A stretch of 61,612 nt of DNA, filler included, from a bacterium (GTDB lineage: Bacteria > JACRDZ01 > JAQUKH01): assembly GCA_028719205.1 (NCBI GenBank). It is 3 parts of 3 records of this genome, joined end to end, with 100 filler letters (N's around TTAATTAATTAA, not from the genome) between each part and the next. Parts side by side here need not be neighbours in the genome. Positions count along the whole stretch, not along the records: positions 1 to 22,980 come from JAQUKH010000037.1; positions 23,081 to 42,638 come from JAQUKH010000039.1; 1 more part is not named here. One strand, 5' to 3'. Below the pieces are notes generated by a model that worked only from the letters and a program-made list of their open reading frames with translations, was not told the DNA's origin and did not search any database. Position numbers and translations under genes: made by a program. Below, piece after piece: positions 19,793 through 29,239 of this stretch. Every line of letters starts with the position of its first letter. The first letter of the stretch is position 1.

Positions 19793-20146
19793 CTAAAAAT
19801 TTGTTTTACTATTGCTTAGAACTGCTATAGATTCTCCGATCCACCGAAGATAATCTTTATTTCCCCCAATAATTGATACTGCAATTACTTCAGGGACTTT
19901 ATAAGAATGCAATTCTTTGATCCTTTTAGTTACAAAAGGAATATTTTTTTCAAGAGTTTTAATAATTAATAGCATTTCATTAGCAGTATCTATTTTCCCT
20001 TCCCACCAAAAAAATGATTCGATAGATGGAAGGATGTTTACGCAGGCAGCTAATTTTTCTTCAAGTAAAGCATTTGTTATTTTTTTTGCTTCCTCTTTTG
20101 ATGAAACCGTGCTAAAAATGACTGTATATGAAGTAAAATTTTCCAT
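19793..20146 (-). CDS. cutA: Divalent-cation tolerance protein CutA
   Basis: LLEEKLAACVNI, WWEGKI, LHSYKVPEVI. Confidence 0.9.
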   Translation of the reverse strand: MENFTSYTVIFSTVSSKEEAKKITNALLEEKLAACVNILPSIESFFWWEGKIDTANEMLLIIKTLEKNIPFVTKRIKELHSYKVPEVIAVSIIGGNKDYLRWIGESIAVLSNSKTNF

Positions 20147-20148
20147 TT

Positions 20149-21087
20149 TTAATTATTAAAATAAACCCCGGCATATTTTTTGTCTTCTTCTTCCGTGAAT
20201 TCCTGAAACCATCCGTTATCAAGCCCGTACATTTCAGCCATATTGATAGTATTTTGATATTCTTCAAGGGTAATTTTTCTTGTTAGTTCAGGGAAATCGG
20301 ATGCTTTGTGATATGGAAAATACTGGCTCATCAGGCTTAATAAGATTTTATCATTAAAATTTTGAGAAATAAACTTAAAAATACTTTTTGACGCGGAAAG
20401 GTTATTAGGCAGGATCAAATGGCGGATAATAACACCTTTTTTAATGATATTATTTTCATCTGTCTGTACTTCCCCTGTTTGATGAAACATTTCTTTAACA
20501 GCTTCCTGATTGACCGGGAAATAATCTTTAGCGTTAGAATATTTTTGAGAAGAAATATCATCTCCGTAACGCATATCAGGCAGATAAACATCAACAATTC
20601 CATTTAGCAGTTTCAACACCTCTATTTTCTCATATCCGCTTGTATTATAAACTATCGGAATAGAAAGGCCGTGTTTTTTTGCCTCATAGATGGATTCCAG
20701 AATAAACGGCAGAAAATGTGTCGGAGTTACCAAATTTATATTATGGCATTTTTGATCTTGAAGCCAAAGCATTTTTTTGGCCAGGTCTTCTTTTGATATT
20801 TCATCACCTTCACCTTTCTGGCTGAACGGAAAATTCTGGCAATAAACGCAATTAAGGTTGCAATTGGAGAAAAAAATTGTTCCTGACCCATATGTCCCTG
20901 AAATTGGAGGTTCTTCACCAAAATGAGGAAATATATGACGGACTTTCATCTTATAATCTGCCTTGCAAAATCCTTTTTCACCTTTTTTGCGGTTAACTTT
21001 GCAATTTCTCGGGCATAGAATGCAGGGGCTCGCAAGCGCGTAAGCCTGATTAATGCGGTCATTTAATTCAGGAAGGGTAATGTCCAT
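20149..21087 (-). CDS. Radical SAM protein, PflX-like
   Basis: CILCPRNCKVNR, HFGEEPPISG, CNLNCVYCQN, HNINLVTPTH, YLPDMRY. Confidence 0.85.
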   Translation of the reverse strand: MDITLPELNDRINQAYALASPCILCPRNCKVNRKKGEKGFCKADYKMKVRHIFPHFGEEPPISGTYGSGTIFFSNCNLNCVYCQNFPFSQKGEGDEISKEDLAKKMLWLQDQKCHNINLVTPTHFLPFILESIYEAKKHGLSIPIVYNTSGYEKIEVLKLLNGIVDVYLPDMRYGDDISSQKYSNAKDYFPVNQEAVKEMFHQTGEVQTDENNIIKKGVIIRHLILPNNLSASKSIFKFISQNFNDKILLSLMSQYFPYHKASDFPELTRKITLEEYQNTINMAEMYGLDNGWFQEFTEEEDKKYAGVYFNN

Positions 21088-21162
21088 AATTTCCTCCCGT
21101 TTTTATTGTTCAGTAATCTTTACCCACAATGCGACAATCGGAAATTGAACTCGCTTCGCTCT

Positions 21163-21185
21163 CCATAGGGGCTCCGCCCCTATGG
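21163..21185. repeat. REP-like perfect hairpin
   Basis: CCATAGGGGC-TCC-GCCCCTATGG. Confidence 0.55.
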
Positions 21186-21312
21186 CGTTCACTTCGTTCA
21201 CTGTCACCCCTTGAAGAAAACTTCCGTTTTCTCCAAATCTCTTTCCCGTTCAAGTCAAACGGTTCTAAAAAATCACTTCACTTTTTATGTTTACTGATGG
21301 TTATTTTTTAAA

Positions 21313-21388
21313 TGGAGGCGACAATCGGACTTGAACCGATGAATAGCGGTTTTGCAGACCGCCGCCTTAGCCACTTGGCTATGTCGCC
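21313..21388 (-). tRNA. tRNA-Cys (GCA)
   Basis: Reverse complement reads GGCGACATAGCCAAGTGGCTAAGGC...CTGCAAA...GGTTCAAGTCC...TGTCGCCTCCA; cloverleaf with encoded CCA. Confidence 0.95.
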
Positions 21389-21404
21389 CCTAAATTGTAT
21401 AAAG

Positions 21405-21433
21405 ATTCTATATTAATTGGTTTCTAAAGTCAA
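21405..21433 (-). promoter_or_regulatory. Sigma70-type promoter of tRNA-Cys
   Basis: TTGACT-N17-TAGAAT on the minus strand. Confidence 0.65.
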
Positions 21434-21524
21434 GCCAAATTAGTTTCAAAATATTTGTTTGTATGATATAATTTAAATTAAATTTTGTAAAATGATCACA
21501 TTGTAAAAAAGGAGGATAAGAATT

Positions 21525-22247
21525 ATGAAATTTTTCAGGAACAGCGTTATATCCGTAATATGTTTTTTATTATTAATTTCTGCCTCTAACGCGGCAGATT
21601 TAAGTATCTCTAATTTTGCCCAGACAGAAGTGGATTCTTTTGGAAAACAGGTCGGTTTTTTAGTAGCCAGGAGGCAGTACAGAGGAGCGAATCCGTTAGG
21701 AGTAATCGGTTTTGATCTTGGACTTGAGGTAACTGCGGTAAAATTGGATGATAAATCATTATGGACTAAATTAGATAGCACCTGGAGCACGCCTTCTTAT
21801 TTGGCGCTTCCAGTAGTACATGTTAAAAAAGGACTTCCTTTTAATATTGATGTCGGTTTACGCGGAGGATTAGCGCCAAATACAGGTTTATCTTTGATGG
21901 GGGGAGAAATAAGTTATTCTCCGCTTGCCGGAAACATCGCAATGCCTGCGGTAAATTTATTTCTGGCCTATTCTGTTTTAAATGGCGGTAAAAACTTTGA
22001 TGTGAACTCTACAAGCTTTGGAGCCTCGATCAGTAAAGGCCTTGGAATAGTTACCCCATACGCGGGTCTAAGCTTAGACAGGTCAAAACTTTCTGTTAAA
22101 GATTTACCGTTACTGCAAGGCGTGACGAAATCAGGCCTCAGGCAGTTTATCGGATTAAGACTTAATATGCTGATTTTAAGCCTATGCGCCGAAGCCAATT
22201 TTGGCGAAATGCAAAGCTACGGATTGAGCTTAGACATTGGGATTTAA
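21525..22247 (+). CDS. Putative outer-membrane beta-barrel protein
   Basis: Signal peptide (ASNA), alternating hydrophobic strands, C-terminal YGLSLDIGI; SD AGGAGG. Confidence 0.55.
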   Translation: MKFFRNSVISVICFLLLISASNAADLSISNFAQTEVDSFGKQVGFLVARRQYRGANPLGVIGFDLGLEVTAVKLDDKSLWTKLDSTWSTPSYLALPVVHVKKGLPFNIDVGLRGGLAPNTGLSLMGGEISYSPLAGNIAMPAVNLFLAYSVLNGGKNFDVNSTSFGASISKGLGIVTPYAGLSLDRSKLSVKDLPLLQGVTKSGLRQFIGLRLNMLILSLCAEANFGEMQSYGLSLDIGI

Positions 22248-22249
22248 TA

Positions 22250-22980
22250 ATGAACAACAATCTTGCTTTAGTTACCGATTTAGGCGGAACTTTTATAAAA
22301 TGTGCTTTAATTAACAAAAGCGGCAAGATCTTATATTCAAATAGTGTGCCTACAGAAGCGCAAAATGGCAAAGATCATGTTATAAAGAAAGTAATTGAAC
22401 AGCAAAAAAAAATTTTTGTAAATAAACAAAATTTGTTTGAACGTGTTGCCGGTATTGCAGTCGGGTGTCCGGGACCTGTAAATATTAAAAAGGGTATTGT
22501 TTCTAAACCGCCAAATCTTCCCGGTTGGGGTAATGTCCCGATGAGGACTATAATTTCTAAAGCGTGGGCAGTACCTGTTTTTATTGAAAATGACGCTAAT
22601 GCGGCTGCGTTAGGCGAAAATTGGCTGGGCGCGGGCAGGGGCTCAAAAAACATGGTCTGCATTACCCTGGGAACCGGTGTGGGCGGAGGGATCGTTATAG
22701 ATGAAAAAATTTTTCATGGCGCAACAGGTATAGCGGGTGAAATAGGGCATATAACGATTGAACCTGAAGGCAGAAAATGTAATTGCGGGAATAACGGCTG
22801 CCTGGAAAGATATGTCGGGCGGCAGGCGATAGAAGAAGAGATGCTAAGATTGTTAGGGGAAAAAGGCTCACCAAAGGAATTAGGCGCTCTTGCAAGGTTA
22901 AACAATAAAAACGCCTGTAAGATCGTAGATAACATTGGTAAAAAAATTGGTATAGTTACCGCGGATATAGCAGATTTTTT
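22250..22980 (+). CDS. ROK-family sugar kinase (glucokinase-like), truncated by contig end
   Basis: DLGGT, IENDANAAALGE, ITLGTGVGGG, AGEIGH, CNCGNNGCLE. Confidence 0.9.
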
Positions 22981-23080
22981 NNNNNNNNNNNNNNNNNNNN
23001 NNNNNNNNNNNNNNNNNNNNNNNNTTAATTAATTAANNNNNNNNNNNNNNNNNNNNNNNNNNNNNNNNNNNNNNNNNNNN
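22981..23080. other. Artificial contig linker
   Basis: N44-TTAATTAATTAA-N44; genes on both sides are truncated. Confidence 0.95.
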
Positions 23081-24646
23081 CGGCGGATCAAGAAAGGCCA
23101 GATAACCTCTTAGAATTAATCCGGTTTCATCTTCCTTGGAATACGCGGATTTTCGTTCCATTTTTTTATAGGCAAGCGCCAAGACCCTGAATCCATCCGC
23201 GTGAAGATCCTCGTATTCCTGCCTTAAGTCATTAATAAGTACCTGATCCAAGGGATATATCTGTCCTTCAAGTTCAAATCCGGTACAACGCTTGAAAATT
23301 TCTTCCGGTGCCCCTTTAGAGATGATTTTGTGGGTATCATCCGGCATTTCAACTACTACGGACATGATCCTGCGGGAGAAATCAAATGGAATTTCATCAA
23401 TTTTGCTGTATTCAGGCATATTTAATTCTTCATGAACTTCTTTATGCTGGAGAATAGCACGGTCTAATACATTTTTTAAACCGGTTTGAAAATAACTGTT
23501 AAGGTATGCAAGAGACAGGACATCATCATCCTCATTTTTTACAACATCACAGTGCCTCTCAATAATGACTCGATCAAGAGTAAGTGTGCCGGTCTTATCA
23601 GTACAGAGGATATCCATTGCCCCAAAATTTTGTATGGAGTGAAGGCGTTTCATGATGACTTTTTTCTTTGACATGGCTATAGCGCCCTTGGATAAACAAA
23701 CAGTTACAATCATGGGAAGCATCTCAGGCGTAAGGCCTACTGCAACCGCCATGGCGAAGAAAAAAGCCTCTCTCCAATCGTGTTTTGTCAACCCGTTTAC
23801 TAAAAAAACTATCGGTACCATTACCAGCATGTAGCGGATCATTAACCAGGTAAATTTATTAATTCCCTTGTCAAAACTTGTTTCTACCTGCTGGGTTACA
23901 ATAGCGCCGGACATAGTGCCAAGGTAAGTTTTCAGGCCGGTAGTTATGATGACCGCGGTAGCAGTACCGCTTTCAACGCTCGTACCAAGGAAACATATAT
24001 TCTTTAGTTCCAGTGCCTGCCGTGTTTCGTTTTTTTCATTAACTTCTGATTTTTCAACCGGGAGAGATTCCCCTGTCAGGCTGGCTTGCGTTATAAACAA
24101 ATCTTTGGAAGAAATAAGCCTTACATCTGCAGGTATCATATCTCCGGCGGCAAGTTTCACTAAATCACCGGGAACAAGTTCTTCCAGTTTCACTTCCCGC
24201 GGTTTACCGTCTCGAATCACCGTTGCGGTAACATTAATCATTTCTTTAAGTTTGGCTGCCGCCGTATCAGCGCGATATTCCTGGACAAAACGCAGAGTAA
24301 CTCCTAAAACCACCATAGCCGCTACAACTACAGCGGCACGAATATCGCCGGTCAAAAAAGAAACTATTGCCAAAATCGTTAACAGGATTACCAGTGGATT
24401 TATCACAGCCTTACTGAGCAGATGGATCCATCCGTGCTGTTTCTCCTGGGCGACAACATTCGGGCCATGTTCCTCTAACCGTTGTTCTGCCTGTTCCTGG
24501 GTAAGGCCGTTAGGCGAGGCCTGCAATTTATTAAAGACATCGGGAATATCAGACTTTGCGGCTTCTAAAAGTAATGGCGAGACACTAATATTTGAATTTA
24601 ATTTAACAGAATTTCCAAACCGAAAATATCGGTTAAAAATTGACAT
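23081..24646 (-). CDS. mgtA: Mg2+-importing P-type ATPase (3' truncated)
   Basis: LTGES, VAVGLTPEMLPM, DKTGTLT, LNSYFQTGLKN, DEIPFDF, KGAPE. Confidence 0.92.
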
Positions 24647-24712
24647 TAGGCAATCTCCAGGGATGATACTAATTCAGATCAATCTTGAATAAGAAAGATC
24701 AATTTTTTTTGT

Positions 24713-24740
24713 ATTATAGACCACAATAATTAATTGTCAA
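24713..24740 (-). promoter_or_regulatory. Probable mgtA promoter
   Basis: TTGACA-N16-TATAAT on the minus strand. Confidence 0.5.
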
Positions 24741-24823
24741 TATATTTGTCAATTATAATCGTTTAAAAGTATTTGTATCGGTATTAACGGTAAAAAAGGC
24801 AGGAAGATGCTCCGTTATTTACA

Positions 24824-25684
24824 TTATTTTTCATTATTGTCAAACCTTTTAAATACAAACCATTGTTCAGGGTATTTTAAAATAAAACCTTCCAGTATCT
24901 TTGCCAATTTTTGCGCGTTAAACTGAATATCCTTTTTATAATTACCGGTCTTTTCCATCTTCAACAACGGCGATACCAAAATTCTATATCCTGAACCGCT
25001 TTTAATACAAACCGCGGGAATAACAGGAATATCATATTTTAAAGCTAAAACCACAGCCCCCGCCGGCAAACCATAATTTACACCTAAAAAATCAACTAAA
25101 ACTACCTGGCTGTCATAACTAATATCCCCTAAAATGGCAATATTTTTTTTCTCTCTAATTGCCGAAATCAGGGCTTTAAAATCCCTGCGGTCAACGATCC
25201 CGAATTTATGCTTTAATCTTATATTATTAAAGAACTCAGAAACATTTTTGTCCGGATGTCTTTCATAAACCGCCGTAAAATCGTATCCCCTATATGTTAA
25301 GAAAGCCCCGCCCAATTCCCAATTCCCCATGTGGAGCGTAACTATGATCGTTCCTTTATCTTTTATTTCATCTAAATTTTCAACGCCGTGTATGTCTAAA
25401 AATAATTTATTTATTTCTTCCTGAGGCAATACATCTAAACAGACAAGGTCTATCAAATATCCCGCAAAATTGCGAAAAACCTGTTTAGCCTTATTATTTA
25501 TATCAACCCTTTCCCCTTTTAACCCGTAAATTTTATTAAGGTTATAATGAACATTTTTTCTTATATCAGTCGGAAAAATGTAAAATATATCGGATAATAA
25601 ATACGCGACAGCGTAATTAAATTTTACCGGAAAATAACGCGCGAAGAATTTAATTGCTTTATAAAATAAATATGTCTCGTTAAT
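24824..25684 (-). CDS. Lysophospholipid/lipid A acyltransferase (LpxL/HtrB family); start uncertain
   Basis: HMGNWE, ILGD, PEQWFVF. The frame stays open to 25699 with family-like N-terminal sequence but has no ATG/GTG/TTG above 25456. Confidence 0.8.
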   Translation of the reverse strand: MNETYLFYKAIKFFARYFPVKFNYAVAYLLSDIFYIFPTDIRKNVHYNLNKIYGLKGERVDINNKAKQVFRNFAGYLIDLVCLDVLPQEEINKLFLDIHGVENLDEIKDKGTIIVTLHMGNWELGGAFLTYRGYDFTAVYERHPDKNVSEFFNNIRLKHKFGIVDRRDFKALISAIREKKNIAILGDISYDSQVVLVDFLGVNYGLPAGAVVLALKYDIPVIPAVCIKSGSGYRILVSPLLKMEKTGNYKKDIQFNAQKLAKILEGFILKYPEQWFVFKRFDNNEK

Positions 25685-25733
25685 AAGATGTTTTCTCCAC
25701 TAACAAGGATGTATATAGTTCCCTGGTTTTCTT

Positions 25734-25762
25734 AAGACAAGGGGTCATGCCCCATTGCTCTT
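25734..25762. repeat. Imperfect REP-like palindrome
   Basis: AAGACAAGGGGTCATGCCCCATTGCTCTT. Confidence 0.4.
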
Positions 25763-25764
25763 CT

Positions 25765-27144
25765 TCAGAATTTTCTTCTAATGGTGTAAGTTAAATTTTC
25801 ATCTTTACCTGAAGGGGCTTTGACTGTAAAAACAACTGTTCCGGCATCTTTTAAAGTATACTTTTGGTTGCTTTCAGTGATTTCCCAAATACCGTAAAAG
25901 TGTTCTTCTACCTCAATTGAAACCTTTTCATCTTTGGAATTATGAATTATTATCTCGATCTGTTCATCCTGAACCTTTTCACTGACCTTTTTCTGCGAAA
26001 TAACCTTTCTTTCCGCTTTCAGATCAAACGCGAACCCGCTTTTCACTTCAACCTTTTCATCTATAGGTGTATTTATTATCATATCTTCGCCCAAAAATTC
26101 CAGGCTGTCATCTTTCGAGTTTTTATATATCCTGACTTTTCCTCCCGGCGAAGGCTGATTTATCCCGCTTTCTTTGTCATTTGTAAATCTGATACCCATC
26201 GCGACCTTCTCATTCGTTTTTTGGAAATCAATTTTATAAAACTTTTCTATCGCGACATCACGGGAATTAAAAAGGCTTATCTGTTTAATGCTTTTATTTT
26301 TCAATGTTACCGGCTGGTCTAATGAATATAAATAATAATCAGATAAGGGCTCTTCTTCAAATTTCGACATACCGTCAACCGATGCGCCTCTCATTTGCGC
26401 CCTCATCAGCACCGGCTCAGATCTCTGGCCGGCAAGATTAATATCTCCGGCTACCAACTTAAGTTTAGCTTCGTAAAAATCCATTCCGCTCTGATTATCC
26501 ACTGAAACAAAACATGCCAGCCTGATAACTTTATCATCCTTGTCCAATATCGCCGTGTATTCACTATGCCAGTTTATCCCTCTGGTTAAATAAGAAATCT
26601 CCGTTATCTGATTTCCTTCTTCTTCACTGAAAATATTCCATAACAAACCCGGTTTTAACTGCAATTCTTTAGGTATGTTTGGAAAACGGATCTCTTTCAA
26701 ATTCCCTCTTTTTATCAATTGCAGCGAACCAAGAGGAATATTTTCAGATAAAATAATATATTCCGGATCATAATTCAGCAAGGTCCCGGAATACAGGTCC
26801 CCGCTTTCATTAATAAGCTGTATAGTCTCACCCTTAAAGCTTTCCAAAATCGCGGAAGTATTTTCAATATTATATTCATAATTTTGTTCCACGAGAAAAC
26901 ATTTATCTGGAGAGCTTACTGACCTGAAAAATACGCTGTTCGGATCGATCATATAAGGAATCTGATCAAAATTAATTTTATTCACGCCCTTTTTAAAATT
27001 AAAAAATCTTTTTTCCTTAACTAAAGAAATATTTTTATTGTAAATAGTCAGATTTATATCCCTTTTTTCTTCAGATTTCACCAAAGCGTTATTATTATTG
27101 TTTAATAACAGAATAAAACCGATAATAAAAAATATTTTTTTCAT
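25765..27144 (-). CDS. DUF4139-like secreted protein
   Basis: Start MKKIFFII after GAGGTG; LTIYNKNISLVKE, ISYLTRGINW..Y, NQSGMDF..AKLKLVAGD, FLGED.I.NTP. Confidence 0.75.
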   Translation of the reverse strand: MKKIFFIIGFILLLNNNNNALVKSEEKRDINLTIYNKNISLVKEKRFFNFKKGVNKINFDQIPYMIDPNSVFFRSVSSPDKCFLVEQNYEYNIENTSAILESFKGETIQLINESGDLYSGTLLNYDPEYIILSENIPLGSLQLIKRGNLKEIRFPNIPKELQLKPGLLWNIFSEEEGNQITEISYLTRGINWHSEYTAILDKDDKVIRLACFVSVDNQSGMDFYEAKLKLVAGDINLAGQRSEPVLMRAQMRGASVDGMSKFEEEPLSDYYLYSLDQPVTLKNKSIKQISLFNSRDVAIEKFYKIDFQKTNEKVAMGIRFTNDKESGINQPSPGGKVRIYKNSKDDSLEFLGEDMIINTPIDEKVEVKSGFAFDLKAERKVISQKKVSEKVQDEQIEIIIHNSKDEKVSIEVEEHFYGIWEITESNQKYTLKDAGTVVFTVKAPSGKDENLTYTIRRKF

Positions 27145-27182
27145 TTTCACCTCAAAAATATTTGTAATTCCAAAATCCAATT

Positions 27183-28223
27183 TTAGACTTTGGGGCACCC
27201 GTTTTCCTCATCAACTCCGCGCAGATTGATCTCTGAGGAATCTCCCAGATTGATCTGGTTCTTCCATCCATTAAACACTGCCCTGTAACCTATCAGAGAA
27301 GAGGACAAAACCATATTACTGACTTTTGCCCCTTTATGTATAATACTATTTTGAATAATTACGTTCTCTAATTTAGCTTCATCCCCTATAGAAACATATG
27401 GGCCTATTACCGAGTTAATGATCAATGCTGTAGGAGAAATATAAACAGGCGGACAAATAGTGGATCCTGAAATAACTTTTGGTTTATTATGATATTTCCC
27501 CAGCAGAAACTTATTTGTGCTTAACAGTGTCTCCGGTTTGCCGCAATCATACCAGCCGTCAATTTCTTCCGCGTAAAATTTTTCCCCTTTTCTGATCATT
27601 GATTCTAAAGCATCCGTCAACTGGATTTCTCCCTTGGTAGTTTTATTATTTTTTATATTTGTTTCAAGGCTCCTGAAAAGACTTTCGCTGTTTTTAATAT
27701 AATAAACCCCGACAATTGCCAAATTTGTCGGCGGATTTTCCGGTTTTTCAAGCAAATGGGATATATATCCGTTTTTTATCTCAACGACACCGAATCTTCT
27801 TGGATCTTTTACTTCCTTAACTCCTATCCAGCTTTCCCCCCGCGAAAAAGCCTTTTTAAAATTTATATCAAGGATAGTGTCACCCAATAAAATAAAAACA
27901 GGACCTTTAACTTTATTTCTCGCCAGATAAACAGCATGCCCCAAGCCTTTCAATTCATTCTGAGGCACATATTCTATATCAAGTGTTTTATATTCTTTCT
28001 CAATATAGTTATAAATATGTTCTCTCATTTGCCCAACAACCAGAACAATTTTCTTTATACCTAATTTTTTAATATTATCAAGCACATGCCCTAGTATCGG
28101 CTTGTCCGCGACCCTTAATAAAACCTTCGGAAGAGTATGTGTATGGGGTTTTAATCTTGTCCCCATCCCCGCGATAGGCACCACAGCAGTCACATTAGAT
28201 AAATCAATCTTTTGTTTTGCCAT
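27183..28223 (-). CDS. Sugar-phosphate nucleotidyltransferase (long-form glucose-1-phosphate thymidylyltransferase-like)
   Basis: AGMGTRLKPHTHTLPK, GLGHAV, EKP, GEIQLTDAL, WYDCG, C-terminal beta-helix. Confidence 0.85.
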   Translation of the reverse strand: MAKQKIDLSNVTAVVPIAGMGTRLKPHTHTLPKVLLRVADKPILGHVLDNIKKLGIKKIVLVVGQMREHIYNYIEKEYKTLDIEYVPQNELKGLGHAVYLARNKVKGPVFILLGDTILDINFKKAFSRGESWIGVKEVKDPRRFGVVEIKNGYISHLLEKPENPPTNLAIVGVYYIKNSESLFRSLETNIKNNKTTKGEIQLTDALESMIRKGEKFYAEEIDGWYDCGKPETLLSTNKFLLGKYHNKPKVISGSTICPPVYISPTALIINSVIGPYVSIGDEAKLENVIIQNSIIHKGAKVSNMVLSSSLIGYRAVFNGWKNQINLGDSSEINLRGVDEENGCPKV

Positions 28224-28366
28224 ACAGTTCTACTCCTTTTTATTAAATTAAATAGTATTATTATATCCTAATTTTTAAAATTTTATGTATATTTTTTAAT
28301 GATTTTGCAAATAAAATAGAGTATAATTTAAAAAGTTCCGGGGCCCTATTCAAGAAAGGATCAATT

Positions 28367-28861
28367 ATGGCAAATTTTTCTTTCGATATAGTTTCAGAAA
28401 TAAATATGCAGGAGGCTGACAACGCGATAAATCAGGCGCAAAAAGAACTTGCTACACGGTATGATTTTAAAGGCAGTAAGTCTTCTATCGAATTTAAACG
28501 TGAAGAGAAGAAAATAATCTTAGTAGCAGATGATGATTTTAAACTGCGGTCATTAACGGATATTTTAGATAGCAAAATGATCAAGCGCGGGATCTCACCA
28601 AAATTCTTGAATTATAAAACCGCTGAAAAAGCGTTTGAGGGAACACTTAAGCAGATAGTAGAAATATCAAACGGCATTGACCGCGAAAAGGCGAAAGACC
28701 TGGTTAAAATAATTAAAGACACAAAACTAAAAGTCCAGACCCAGATCGAAGGCGAAAAATTAAGGATAATCGGCGCTAAAAAAGACGACCTGCAGGCAGT
28801 CATGGCACATCTAAAAACAATTAACTTTCCTCTGCCGCTCACTTTCTGCAATTATAGATAA
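28367..28861 (+). CDS. yajQ: YajQ family nucleotide/c-di-GMP-binding protein
   Basis: SFDIVSE, RYDFKG, QIEGEKLRI.G.KKDDLQ, NYR. Confidence 0.92.
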   Translation: MANFSFDIVSEINMQEADNAINQAQKELATRYDFKGSKSSIEFKREEKKIILVADDDFKLRSLTDILDSKMIKRGISPKFLNYKTAEKAFEGTLKQIVEISNGIDREKAKDLVKIIKDTKLKVQTQIEGEKLRIIGAKKDDLQAVMAHLKTINFPLPLTFCNYR

Positions 28862-28891
28862 CTGCGAGCTGTCTTACATATCCCAAATTTG

Positions 28892-29203
28892 TTATTTCTG
28901 CGGCCTGTTATTTTTAACGTATCTCCCGAATCCAAACACACTATATTCAACGCCATACTCCTTTTTCAACTCCTTAAAGAAATCGCATTTAAAACAATCT
29001 TTTTCTTTATGTTTTTTGCTCCCCTGAATGACTCCACCGCAAAAAGTACCATCAATAAAAGCGCATCCCCTGCCGCCATTTTTACCATCACAAAAACCAT
29101 CAGCTTCAGTTGCACTTGCAGCAGGACAAACACCTAACTCTCTGACTTTCACACCGTCGACCTCACGTCCGCATTTTTTGAATTCCCAGCAATTTTTAGT
29201 CAT
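28892..29203 (-). CDS. Two-CW-type cysteine-rich domain protein
   Basis: NCWEFKKCGRE..CPA..GKNGGRGC..GTFCGG.IQG..CFKCDF. Confidence 0.65.
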   Translation of the reverse strand: MTKNCWEFKKCGREVDGVKVRELGVCPAASATEADGFCDGKNGGRGCAFIDGTFCGGVIQGSKKHKEKDCFKCDFFKELKKEYGVEYSVFGFGRYVKNNRPQK

Positions 29204-29239
29204 TTAATTTTTTTCCTTTTAGTTGTTTTATCGGAATTT

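Noticed and set aside
21129-21311. 60-aa ORF next to tRNA-Cys
   Set aside because: No SD; it spans the hairpin/repeat element and has no protein-like features.
22981-23080. TTAATTAATTAA palindrome within N runs (also 42639-42738)
   Set aside because: Identical artificial contig linker with stops in all frames; not biological, and synteny across it is invalid.
24647-24823. Mg2+ (M-box) riboswitch upstream of mgtA
   Set aside because: The leader between the predicted promoter and ATG is only about 60 nt, AT-rich and unstructured.
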